Shown one piece after another: positions 23,019 through 31,267 of a DNA stretch of 32,000 nucleotides. Source of the stretch: Candidatus Saccharimonadota bacterium. GTDB taxonomy: Bacteria > Patescibacteriota > Saccharimonadia > Saccharimonadales > Saccharimonadaceae. The stretch covers positions 150,001 through 182,000 of the forward strand of contig CP011211.1 in NCBI GenBank assembly GCA_001029695.1, given 5' to 3'. Both the position numbers and the translations under genes were made by a program. Each line of letters begins with the position of its first letter. Position 1 is the first letter of the stretch. Under the pieces are notes generated by a model. It was not told where the DNA came from. It saw only the letters and a program-made list of their open reading frames with translations, and did no database searches.

Positions 23019-25115
23019 TTACTTGCTTGCGCGTTTTTCGATGATTTCTTGTGCAACATTTGGTGGCACTTCCTCGTACTGTGCAAGCTCCATCGTGCTA
23101 GCTGCACGACCTTGGCTCATTGAGCGGATATCGTTTGTATATCCAAACATACTTGCAAGAGGCACGATACCACGAACGAGCTTCGCTCCACCCTGAAGGT
23201 CTTCCATAGCCTCGATACGACCACGTCGTGCGTTAAGGTCTCCGATAACATCACCCATGAACTCTTCTGGTGTTGTTACTTCAACTTTCATGACAGGCTC
23301 AAGGATAACTGGCTTAGCTTGCTTGATACCTTCACGTGTCGCTAGTGAACCTGCCAACTTAAAGGCAAGTTCGCTTGAGTCGACGTCGTGGTAGCTACCG
23401 TCATAAAGCGTCGCTTTGATGTCTACTACTGGATAGCCAGCGATAACACCACCATTAAGTGTTTCGACAATACCCTGCTCAACAGGCTTGCGGTATTCTT
23501 GTGGAACCACACCACCCTTGATCGCATCGGTAAATTCGAAGCCTTTACCAGTTTCGTTTGGCTCGAAACGAATCCAAACATCACCGTACTGACCACGTCC
23601 ACCTGATTGCTTCGCGTGCTTACCTTGGACTTCAGAAGTACCACGGATTGTTTCACGGAACGCAACTTGTGGTTCACCGATATTTGCTTCGACGTTAAAC
23701 TCTCGCTTCATACGGTCGATGAGGATGTCGAGGTGAAGCTCACCCATACCAGACATGATAGTCTGACCAGTTTCTTCGTCTGTATGAATACGGAAAGTCG
23801 GATCTTCTTCTGCAAGACGCTGAAGGGCAATACCCATCTTCTCTTGGTCGCTCTTCGTCTTTGGCTCAACAGCAATAGATACTGGTGGCTCTGGGAATGT
23901 GATTGACTCAAGAGTGATTGGATGTGCTGGATCAGCAAGTGTTGCACCTGTAAATGTCTCTTTAAGACCAACTACGGCAGCGATATCGCCAGCTGCGATT
24001 TCGTCAATCTCTTCACGTTTGTCGGCATGCATACGAACGATACGTCCAACGCGCTCTTTGTTACCTGTCGTCGTATTCAAGACATATGAACCAGCCTTGA
24101 GCGTACCACTATACACACGAACGAAGATAAGCTTACCAACAAAAGGATCGGTTGCAATCTTAAATGCTAGTGCTGATAGTGGCTCAGTAACGTCCGGCTT
24201 GCGCTGTACTTCTTCGCCAGTCTTTGGGTTCTCACCCCAGATAGCATCAACATCAAGTGGAGATGGAAGGTAGTCGGCAGCAAGGTCAAGTACCTTTTCT
24301 ACGATCACACCACGGCCGTCACCACCAGTAACAAGGAAGAAGTCACCGGCAAGCACACGCTTACGAAGTGCAGCCTTTAGCTCGTCGATAGTGATTGACT
24401 CTTCACCCTTATCGAGGAAGCGCTCAAATAGCTCGTCGTCAGCTTCGACAGCTGCTTCAACAAGAAGACTACGAGCATTCTTTGCTTTATCGAGCATGTC
24501 TGCAGGGATTTCACCAGGAACGAGCTCGTGATCCGTGTAGTCTGTATATGTGTACGCCTTCATGTCAACAAGGTCTACAACACCATTGATTTCTTTTTCA
24601 AATCCAATAGGAAGGTGGATAGGAAGTGCCTGGCGAGACAAACGATTGTGAATTGTCTCAAGAGATTTGTAAAAATCACCACCGGTTTGGTTGATCTTGT
24701 TGATGAAACAAATACGTGGCACGCCGTACTTGTTTGCCTGACGCCATACGGTCTCAGTCTGAGCTTCAACACCCATCTTACCGTCAAATACCGTGACAGC
24801 GCCGTCAAGAACACGAAGTGAACGCTCAACTTCAGCAGTAAAGTCGATGTGACCTGGAGTATCGATGATGTTGATCTTGTGACCCTTCCAAAAGGCAGTC
24901 ACAGCAGCTGAGGTAATAGTAATACCACGCTCTTTCTCCTGTGCCATCCAGTCAGTTGTCGCACCAGCTGGATCGTCACCTTTTACCTGGCCAATTTTGT
25001 GGTTAATACCAGTACGGTACAAAATACCCTCAGTAGTCGTAGTCTTACCTGCATCGATATGTGCGATAATTCCGATATTTCGAAAGTCCTTTAGTGGGAC
25101 ATTTTTTTCTGCCAT
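23019..25115 (-). CDS. fusA: Elongation factor G
   Basis: 698 aa, [28 protein letters not shown] region and typical EF-G domains IV-V. Confidence 0.98.
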   Translation of the reverse strand: MAEKNVPLKDFRNIGIIAHIDAGKTTTTEGILYRTGINHKIGQVKGDDPAGATTDWMAQEKERGITITSAAVTAFWKGHKINIIDTPGHIDFTAEVERSLRVLDGAVTVFDGKMGVEAQTETVWRQANKYGVPRICFINKINQTGGDFYKSLETIHNRLSRQALPIHLPIGFEKEINGVVDLVDMKAYTYTDYTDHELVPGEIPADMLDKAKNARSLLVEAAVEADDELFERFLDKGEESITIDELKAALRKRVLAGDFFLVTGGDGRGVIVEKVLDLAADYLPSPLDVDAIWGENPKTGEEVQRKPDVTEPLSALAFKIATDPFVGKLIFVRVYSGTLKAGSYVLNTTTGNKERVGRIVRMHADKREEIDEIAAGDIAAVVGLKETFTGATLADPAHPITLESITFPEPPVSIAVEPKTKSDQEKMGIALQRLAEEDPTFRIHTDEETGQTIMSGMGELHLDILIDRMKREFNVEANIGEPQVAFRETIRGTSEVQGKHAKQSGGRGQYGDVWIRFEPNETGKGFEFTDAIKGGVVPQEYRKPVEQGIVETLNGGVIAGYPVVDIKATLYDGSYHDVDSSELAFKLAGSLATREGIKQAKPVILEPVMKVEVTTPEEFMGDVIGDLNARRGRIEAMEDLQGGAKLVRGIVPLASMFGYTNDIRSMSQGRAASTMELAQYEEVPPNVAQEIIEKRASK

Positions 25116-25184
25116 GAAGTGTGTTCTTCCTATCTTCTTTTTAATTACTGCTATTTTGAGACATAAAAAATAGCGCTTAGCTCT

Positions 25185-25193
25185 ATTGTAACA
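25185..25193 (-). promoter_or_regulatory. Possible extended -10 promoter for fusA
   Basis: The minus strand reads TGtTACAAT, about 70 nt upstream of the fusA ATG. There is no good -35 element. Confidence 0.35.
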
Positions 25194-25255
25194 GATTGCT
25201 GCACTTTATTCCAGGCCTTCTGGTTGCGCGGTGGTGTATACTCGTAGTAGTCACT

Positions 25256-25987
25256 ATGTACAAAAAATATGGCAACAAATTTATGTGCTTTTCTCCGCCG
25301 GTTATGCTGGCAACATTTTTTATTGAATTCGCTTTTGCTTTCTATGTAATATGGCGCTACAAAATGACGACAATTACTCGCCTTGTTACAGCAACACTTT
25401 TAACCCTAGGTACTTTCCAGCTGGCAGAGTATATGATTTGCGGTGGGCTTGGGTGGACACATGTCGAGTGGGCTCGCCTTGGATATGCCTCTATCGTGCT
25501 ACTCCCCGCTCTTGGTATTCATCTTATCGTGGCGCTCGCGGGCAAGAAAGCACCGCTGCTCGTCACCAGCGCATACGCAAGCTGCCTGGCATTTGCTGCG
25601 TTCTTTACACTTGCCGGCGGGGCGATCACAGGACAAGAGTGTCGTGCTAACTATGCGTATTTTGATACACACGACGCAAGCGTTATCCCATTTGCACTCT
25701 ATTACTATGGATGGATGCTCACAGGAACACTACTCGCCTGGAAATGGAGCGGCAAAGCATCGAAAAAAGCGGAAGCCCTCCAGTGGATGTCTATCGGATA
25801 CCTCCTCTTCATGCTGCCGACAACCACCGTCAATATCATTGATCCGTCAACTATTTCCGGTATTCCGTCAATTATGTGCGGCTTTGCGGTACTCCTCGCG
25901 TTTGCACTCGTCGTGAAAGTTATGCCAAATAGCCAGGTGCCCGTACGCCGCTCCCTACAATCAGTTAAGCAGCGTTTCGGGATATGA
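25256..25987 (+). CDS. Polytopic membrane protein, 243 aa, about 7 TM segments, unknown family
   Basis: First in-frame ATG at 25256; the track's TTG is at 25196. The stop overlaps the PAP2 start (ATGA). Start uncertain. Confidence 0.6.
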   Translation: MYKKYGNKFMCFSPPVMLATFFIEFAFAFYVIWRYKMTTITRLVTATLLTLGTFQLAEYMICGGLGWTHVEWARLGYASIVLLPALGIHLIVALAGKKAPLLVTSAYASCLAFAAFFTLAGGAITGQECRANYAYFDTHDASVIPFALYYYGWMLTGTLLAWKWSGKASKKAEALQWMSIGYLLFMLPTTTVNIIDPSTISGIPSIMCGFAVLLAFALVVKVMPNSQVPVRRSLQSVKQRFGI

Positions 25988-26508
25988 AACGATACCTTCA
26001 CCATTTTGATAAAGTATTTATCGCACTTATCGCGAAGGTACCTTTATCATTCCGACCACTCATGCTCTTTGGGACGCTGATCGGCCAACCTCCAATAACA
26101 ATAGGTATTGCGCTCATCGTCATTGGCTATGGATTTATCGAGACAGATCATCTCTTCGTCACGTCAGGCATCATAGCGCTCCTTACTATCCTTACGAGCA
26201 GTATACTAAAGCTTGCGCTTCGCCGAGCGCGACCAGACAACGACTATGTAAAAAGTATGCTCGTACAAACATTTAGCTTTCCAAGTGGCCACGCGGCAGG
26301 AACACTCGTCAGCTTTGGGCTTCTCGTGGTCCTCTATAGCCAAAGTCTTGGAGCGTGGACAATACCTATCACACTCGCGACTACTGCACTCTGCGCGATC
26401 GTTGGTGTATCTCGCGTGTATCTTGGCGCCCATTATCCCAGTGACGTCATAGGTGGCTGGATAGTTGGAGGGCTAGGGATTCTCGCTATTATGGCGGTTA
26501 GTATATGA
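25984..26508 (+). CDS. PAP2-superfamily lipid phosphatase (undecaprenyl-diphosphatase / phosphatidate phosphatase type)
   Basis: The three PAP2 motifs are present: KLALRRARP, PSGHA and SRVYLGAHYPSDV. It is a membrane protein. Confidence 0.85.
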   Translation: MKRYLHHFDKVFIALIAKVPLSFRPLMLFGTLIGQPPITIGIALIVIGYGFIETDHLFVTSGIIALLTILTSSILKLALRRARPDNDYVKSMLVQTFSFPSGHAAGTLVSFGLLVVLYSQSLGAWTIPITLATTALCAIVGVSRVYLGAHYPSDVIGGWIVGGLGILAIMAVSI

Positions 26509-27371
26509 AAAAAAATGTCACTATTGCTGCACTTGTATACAATCCGAAGTCAGGAAGCGCGCTCACAAAAGACCAGCTAGGTGAAGTATTTGAATCTCAT
26601 AATATATCTATTGGAGCATTTATTGCGATATCCGATACCCTACCCGAAGACCTTGCGCCCTATATCAAAAAAAATGCACTCATCGCCGCCATTGGCGGAG
26701 ACGGCACACTAAGCGCAGTAGCCGGTGTTCTTACGGGAACAGAATCGATTTTTGCCCCCCTTTCTGGAGGTACTCTCAATCACTTCACGAAAGATCTTGG
26801 CATCAAGCAAGACCTAAATGAGGCAGTCGAAGCCATTCTCAATGCAAAGCCACAAACGATAGATGTCGCTTCAATAAACGACACAGTCTTTATTAATAAC
26901 TCTAGCCTAGGACTATACCCTTCGTCCCTACAAGTGAGGGGCCAGCTCGAAGACAGGCTCGGCAAGTGGCCATCCGCGGTGATTGGAGTAATCCGTGCTT
27001 TTGTGCAGTTTCGCTCATACCATCTTACAATCAATAAGACTTCTTTTGATACTCCATTCATTTTCGTCGGAAACAATGACTATCATCTTGATACTCTCGA
27101 AGGGTCGCGAACATCACTCAACGAAGGCTTATTGTCGGTCTATGTTATATCCTCAAACAGTCGCTTCACACTCTTAAAGCTACTTCCTTACGCCCTCATC
27201 GGGAAGCTAAACGATCATGATGCATTTCATACCTACCACACAACATCGTTTACTATCAGCAGCAAGCGCCCTGCTATAAGTATCTCTCACGATGGCGAGC
27301 TCAGTAAGTTCGAAACACCTCTTACGTACGCGATCATTAAAGATGGACTACGTATTATCGGAAATTCGTAA
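26505..27371 (+). CDS. Diacylglycerol-kinase-catalytic-domain lipid kinase (YegS/BmrU-like)
   Basis: AAIGGDGTLSAV (GGDGT motif) and the overall DAGK_cat layout. ATGA overlap with the PAP2 gene. Confidence 0.8.
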   Translation: MKKNVTIAALVYNPKSGSALTKDQLGEVFESHNISIGAFIAISDTLPEDLAPYIKKNALIAAIGGDGTLSAVAGVLTGTESIFAPLSGGTLNHFTKDLGIKQDLNEAVEAILNAKPQTIDVASINDTVFINNSSLGLYPSSLQVRGQLEDRLGKWPSAVIGVIRAFVQFRSYHLTINKTSFDTPFIFVGNNDYHLDTLEGSRTSLNEGLLSVYVISSNSRFTLLKLLPYALIGKLNDHDAFHTYHTTSFTISSKRPAISISHDGELSKFETPLTYAIIKDGLRIIGNS

Positions 27372-27849
27372 AGGCTGTCACGAAGTCAAAATCCGCTCCA
27401 CGGACCGCATTCATCACCGCTTGAAGATCATCCTTACTCCCACTCGTAATTCGAACTGCTTCACCTTGGATTTGGGCTTTTACTTTCGGAAACTGCTCTT
27501 TTAGAAGTTTAGTAATCTTCTTTGCCTTATCTTGATCAAGACCCTCGATAAATGGAACTTCTTTCGTAGCTTTGAGGTTGTTTTCGTGCACTTCTTTTGA
27601 GAGGTCAAGCACTTTACTGCTCAGTTCACGAGTAGCGAGTTTTTTGCGAACAATATCGAGTACGGCGTCAATCTGCCACTCGTTACTACCTGAGATCTTG
27701 AGACCTTTTTTATCCGCTAGCCACTCAATGGCAGCTGGCGTTCCCTTGAAATCAAATCGAGTACTGATTTCTTTTTCTGTTTGACCAAAGACATTATTCA
27801 TCTCTGCTTTATCGTATTCACTTACTATATCAAAACTAAATGTCGCCAT
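27355..27849 (-). CDS. yajQ: YajQ-family nucleotide-binding protein (UPF0234)
   Basis: MATFSFDIVSEYDKAEMNNV…TRFDFKGT…, 164 aa, a typical YajQ sequence. Its 3' end overlaps the convergent kinase gene by 17 nt. Confidence 0.85.
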   Translation of the reverse strand: MATFSFDIVSEYDKAEMNNVFGQTEKEISTRFDFKGTPAAIEWLADKKGLKISGSNEWQIDAVLDIVRKKLATRELSSKVLDLSKEVHENNLKATKEVPFIEGLDQDKAKKITKLLKEQFPKVKAQIQGEAVRITSGSKDDLQAVMNAVRGADFDFVTAFTNFR

Positions 27850-27860
27850 ATTCTATCCTT

Positions 27861-28211
27861 TTACTTTCTCAAAACCTGGGCAGCTGCAGTCAATCCCCAG
27901 CCTGCAAGTAGGTAGATAAATATTGCGATGATCGTTTCAAACTCAAGTCGTGCACGTCCGTACTGAAACTCACCTACCTGCAGCAAACCGCGAAAAGGCT
28001 CTACGAATATATATGTCGTGTTATAGATGAACGTTGCAAAGCCGTTTGTCTGATCGACACCAATAAGCGAGAAGACTACTCGAATAATCAAAAGAATAAC
28101 AATAATAGTAACGAGCAGCCAAATAATTTGGATGATTTTAGATAAAACCCCTCCTACTCCTGGTGAAGCTCTTCGAGGTGCGGGCACTGGTGTCTGTTGG
28201 TCTGGATTCAT
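27861..28211 (-). CDS. YggT-like small membrane protein
   Basis: Two TM segments flank IYNTTYIFVEPFRGLL, which resembles the YggT motif. GGAG lies 6 nt before the ATG at 28211; the ATG at 28217 directly abuts the SD. Confidence 0.55.
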   Translation of the reverse strand: MNPDQQTPVPAPRRASPGVGGVLSKIIQIIWLLVTIIVILLIIRVVFSLIGVDQTNGFATFIYNTTYIFVEPFRGLLQVGEFQYGRARLEFETIIAIFIYLLAGWGLTAAAQVLRK

Positions 28212-28278
28212 GTTCATCTCCTATTTTCTATTACTATACCACAGTAGCAGCGTCGAGATGCCATAGTAAGCCGGTCGG

Positions 28279-29175
28279 TCATGGAAGATGGTTGCCACCG
28301 GTCACCCCTATCACCTCACTTGTTATATAGCTCGACTCCTGCGACGCCAGAAAGACATAAGTTGGCGCAAGCTCAGCCGGCTGACCGGCTCGGCCAACCG
28401 GAGTATTTTTACCAAATTGTGTAAGTTTTTTCATCGGCTGTCCATAGCTTGGCTGGAGTGGAGTCCAGATAGGACCTGGGGCGACCGCATTCACACGAAT
28501 ACCTCGACTCGCTAACTGCTTGCCGAGTCCGTGAGTAAAAGCAGTAATCGCACCCTTAGTTGACGCATAGTCGATGAGCCCAGGTGAAGGCTGGTATGAT
28601 TGGATCGATGTCGTATTGATGATAGAGGCGCCAGCAGGTAGATACTTCAGTGCAGCTTTTGTAATCCAAAACATAGCAAATACATTTGTTCTAAAGGTCG
28701 ACTCAAACTGGTCGGCATCAAGATCTTCTAGTTTCTCAACATACAATTGGCGACCTGCGTTATTGACGAGTATATCGATACCGCCTAGCTTACTAGCAGC
28801 CTCCTCCACAAGCTGTTTTGAGAAAGCTTCGTCTGAGATATCACCAGGAATCGCAACAGCCATGCACCCTTCAGCTTCGATAAGTGCAATAACCTCATCA
28901 GCATCCGCTTGTTCACTAGGAAGATACGACAAAGCGATATCCGCCCCCTCTCTCGCATACGCAATCGCGACAGCGCGGCCAATACCCGAATCTGCACCTG
29001 TAATGAGGGCCTTTCTACCTTTTAATCGCTCAGCACCTCTATAGGTCTTCTCTCCATGGTCCGCCAAAGGAATCAACTTGCTATCAAGACCTGGCTCCTC
29101 TTGACGTTGCTCAGGTATATCAAGATCGGGATACTGCGTTACTGGATTTTGCATTGCATATTGGTTCTTTGTCAT
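28279..29175 (-). CDS. Short-chain dehydrogenase/reductase, YghA/YhdF-like
   Basis: TGADSGIGRA, NNAG and YASTKGA motifs, with the N-terminal extension typical of this SDR subgroup. SD GGAGGTAATTTT. Confidence 0.88.
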   Translation of the reverse strand: MTKNQYAMQNPVTQYPDLDIPEQRQEEPGLDSKLIPLADHGEKTYRGAERLKGRKALITGADSGIGRAVAIAYAREGADIALSYLPSEQADADEVIALIEAEGCMAVAIPGDISDEAFSKQLVEEAASKLGGIDILVNNAGRQLYVEKLEDLDADQFESTFRTNVFAMFWITKAALKYLPAGASIINTTSIQSYQPSPGLIDYASTKGAITAFTHGLGKQLASRGIRVNAVAPGPIWTPLQPSYGQPMKKLTQFGKNTPVGRAGQPAELAPTYVFLASQESSYITSEVIGVTGGNHLP

Positions 29176-29241
29176 AAAATTACCTCCATACCCTAGATTA
29201 CAAGGAGTAAATTTGCGGGTCAGTAAGATTTTTTACGTATA

Positions 29242-29277
29242 TAAAAAACAACCTCCGTTGATAAAACGGAGGTTGTT
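29242..29277 (-). terminator. Strong intrinsic terminator after rpsG
   Basis: Perfect 13 bp stem AACAACCTCCGTT (29247-29259) / AACGGAGGTTGTT (29265-29277). On the minus strand the terminal TT of the 3' arm begins the run TTTTTT. Confidence 0.8.
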
Positions 29278-29296
29278 GATTGCAGAAAGTATCGTA

Positions 29297-29776
29297 CTAT
29301 CCGCGGGCAAAGTGTGCAAACGCGCGGTTTGCTTCTGCCATTTTGTGTGTGTCTTCTTTTTTCTTGTAAGCAGCGCCGGCTTCGTTATGAGCATCAATAA
29401 TCTCAAGCGCAAGACGCTTAGAATATGGCATACCCTTACGAGCACGTGCAGCCTGGACGAGCCAGCTATACGCGAAGTGAAGTTGACGGTGACCAGCCAC
29501 CGGGAAAGGAATCTGGTAGTTTGCACCACCAACACGTCGAGATTTGACTTCGAAGTTTGGTGAAACATTCTTAAGTGCTTTTTCAAACACTGCAAGTGGA
29601 TCTTCTGAATCAAGCTTCTTAGCAGCTTGTTCGAGCGCAGCATACACTGCACGCTCAGAAACAAGTTTTTTGCCGTCAAGCATAGACTTGTTGATAAGAC
29701 GCTGTACAAGTACAGACTGGTATTTACGATCTGGTGAAAGAACGCGTTGTAGACTCTTCGTTACTTTACGAGGCAT
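29297..29776 (-). CDS. rpsG: 30S ribosomal protein S7 (uS7)
   Basis: 159 aa, MPRKVTKSLQRVLSPDRKYQS…NRAFAHFA. Confidence 0.97.
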   Translation of the reverse strand: MPRKVTKSLQRVLSPDRKYQSVLVQRLINKSMLDGKKLVSERAVYAALEQAAKKLDSEDPLAVFEKALKNVSPNFEVKSRRVGGANYQIPFPVAGHRQLHFAYSWLVQAARARKGMPYSKRLALEIIDAHNEAGAAYKKKEDTHKMAEANRAFAHFARG

Positions 29777-29778
29777 GA

Positions 29779-30192
29779 CTACTTATCCTCCTTCTTAGCG
29801 CCGTACTTAGAGCGGCCTTGTTTGCGTTTTGCGACACCCTGAAGGTCGAGCGCACCACGAACGATATGGTAACGAACACCTGGAAGATCTGGTACACGAC
29901 CACCACGGACAAGCACAACGGCGTGCTCCTGGAGGTTATGACCTTCACCACCGATATATGCCCAAACTTCTTGGCCATTTGTAAGTCGCACACGTGCAAC
30001 CTTACGGAGCGCCGAGTTTGGCTTCTTTGGTGTTTTTGTTGTTACCTTGATACAAACACCACGCTTAAGTGGACTTGTCTGCTCGTAGTAACGAACCTTT
30101 AGTGCGTTATGGATACGACCAAGCGCAGGTGACTTCGACTTTTTCGCCGCAGTCTTGCGTGGCTTACGCACCAATTGATTGATTGTTGGCAT
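29779..30192 (-). CDS. rpsL: 30S ribosomal protein S12 (uS12)
   Basis: 137 aa from the ATG at 30192: [13 protein letters not shown]…[17 protein letters not shown]…. The 10 upstream codons in the track are rejected. Confidence 0.97.
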   Translation of the reverse strand: MPTINQLVRKPRKTAAKKSKSPALGRIHNALKVRYYEQTSPLKRGVCIKVTTKTPKKPNSALRKVARVRLTNGQEVWAYIGGEGHNLQEHAVVLVRGGRVPDLPGVRYHIVRGALDLQGVAKRKQGRSKYGAKKEDK

Positions 30193-30357
30193 TGTTATGC
30201 AACTCCCTTGGTAATTTAACATTCTTTATAGAGACAAGAAATCGTCTCTGGTACGAGTTGGATTCAGCAGCTCCGCCTCGTGTCATACTACAAAACTTTA
30301 GTTCACGCGTACACATTCAATGCGTTTACTAATTTTCGTAGAGGAAACTCATCTGAC

Positions 30358-30386
30358 AGTATAGCAAATTATTTGCTTTTTAACAA
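30358..30386 (-). promoter_or_regulatory. Promoter of rpsL-rpsG, with a leader of about 160 nt
   Basis: The minus strand reads TTGTTA (30386-30381), a 17 nt spacer, then TATACT (30363-30358). The spacer contains the palindrome GCAAAT-t-ATTTGC. Confidence 0.5.
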
Positions 30387-30417
30387 TAAGACTACGGCGA
30401 TTATGCCGTAGTCTTAT
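30386..30417 (-). terminator. Perfect 13 bp hairpin insulating the upstream cassette from the rpsL promoter
   Basis: ATAAGACTACGGC (30386-30398) pairs with GCCGTAGTCTTAT (30405-30417), loop 6 nt. Only a weak U-tract follows. Confidence 0.45.
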
Positions 30418-30504
30418 AATCATTCGAAAGTGAGCCTGCCAAAAGGAGCTCATGCTACGAATATCTCCATTCGTGAGCAGGCTCAACTTTCGGCAGGGTT
30501 GTAC

Positions 30505-30843
30505 TCATGCAGCAGGGTTTTTCAATCGATCACCAATTTGAGCGCTGATCTCCTCTATCTCTTGGCGCGCTGGTGAGTTTTCGGCGAGAATCTCATTGAA
30601 ACTCCCAATAAGTGTCCTCGCGATGAACCTGTACTTTGCACATGTTGGCTGCTTTTCCGAATCACTACGGATCCTGTACAGCTCGTCATATACACCTCTT
30701 GCGTCGTAAGCCATGAGTAATTCATGCAGCTTCTCGCCATGATGGCGATTGAAATCCTCGTGACGATCTAGTGCTTTACGTATTACATCGAACCAAGGTC
30801 GATAAACACTACTCACCAGGTCCTGAGAAAATACTTTACTCAT
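30505..30843 (-). CDS. Hypothetical protein, 112 aa, predicted helical
   Basis: ATG at 30843, 5 nt after the stop of the 64 aa ORF. No domain recognised. Confidence 0.55.
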   Translation of the reverse strand: MSKVFSQDLVSSVYRPWFDVIRKALDRHEDFNRHHGEKLHELLMAYDARGVYDELYRIRSDSEKQPTCAKYRFIARTLIGSFNEILAENSPARQEIEEISAQIGDRLKNPAA

Positions 30844-30848
30844 AAAGA

Positions 30849-31043
30849 TCACCCTGTTTCGATTGCACTCGTGTTCAAAGTTGGCTCGTCCGACTTTTCA
30901 TTGTCGAGCAAGGCAAGAACACCAGTTGGTTGTATCACGGCAGCGTCGTAGCTATTGTTCGCCAAAGCCGCGCGAGTGAAGTGTCCTACAGTTACTTCGG
31001 TATCCGTCCTACTAAAAGGAGGGACCACTCTTCTGCATGACAT
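30849..31043 (-). CDS. Hypothetical small protein, 64 aa
   Basis: ATG preceded by AAGGAGACGTA (strong SD). It has its own promoter. Confidence 0.55.
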   Translation of the reverse strand: MSCRRVVPPFSRTDTEVTVGHFTRAALANNSYDAAVIQPTGVLALLDNEKSDEPTLNTSAIETG

Positions 31044-31094
31044 TACGTCTCCTTATGCTGAGTAGACATGTACTTACCTGTATGGTACCTTCTT

Positions 31095-31123
31095 ATAATA
31101 ACCCCTTGTACTTGCGGTTTCAA
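31095..31123 (-). promoter_or_regulatory. Promoter of the 64 aa / 112 aa pair
   Basis: The minus strand reads TTGAAA (31123-31118), a 17 nt spacer, then TATTAT (31100-31095). Confidence 0.5.
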
Positions 31124-31221
31124 CCACTTTCATGGTTTTTGTAAGATTTCTTACTGCGAGACTCGTCGATATGATCGCCGAGCGGCTAACAATAAACCAG
31201 TCCGAGTAAACGACTACATCT

Positions 31222-31252
31222 AAAAAACACCCGCATCGAGCGGGTGTTTTTT
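31222..31252 (-). terminator. Intrinsic terminator after rpoC
   Basis: ACACCCG (31227-31233) pairs with CGGGTGT (31241-31247), flanked by A and T runs, 16 nt downstream of the rpoC stop. Confidence 0.75.
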
Positions 31253-31267
31253 AGAAGAGTAAAAACT

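Noticed and set aside
25351-25916. Two plus-strand ORFs (99 and 157 aa) in alternative frames of the 7-TM membrane-protein gene
   Set aside because: They are Arg/Ser-rich out-of-frame products. The main frame gives coherent TM segments and is coupled to the PAP2 gene.
29233-29709. 158 aa minus-strand ORF overlapping rpsG in another frame
   Set aside because: The rpsG frame is unambiguous, and the alternative frame runs through the rpsG terminator.
30440-30540. 29 aa plus-strand ORF (MLRISPFVSRLNFRQGCTHAAGFFNRSPI) after an AAGGAG inside the long hairpin
   Set aside because: The SD-to-ATG spacing is only 3 nt. It lies within a strong RNA stem and is antisense to the 3' end of the 112 aa ORF. 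It is probably fortuitous.
30505-31043. Calling the 64 aa / 112 aa pair a toxin-antitoxin system
   Set aside because: Only the gene layout supports this. I recognise no sequence motif of a known TA family. It is kept as an open question in the findings, not as an annotation.
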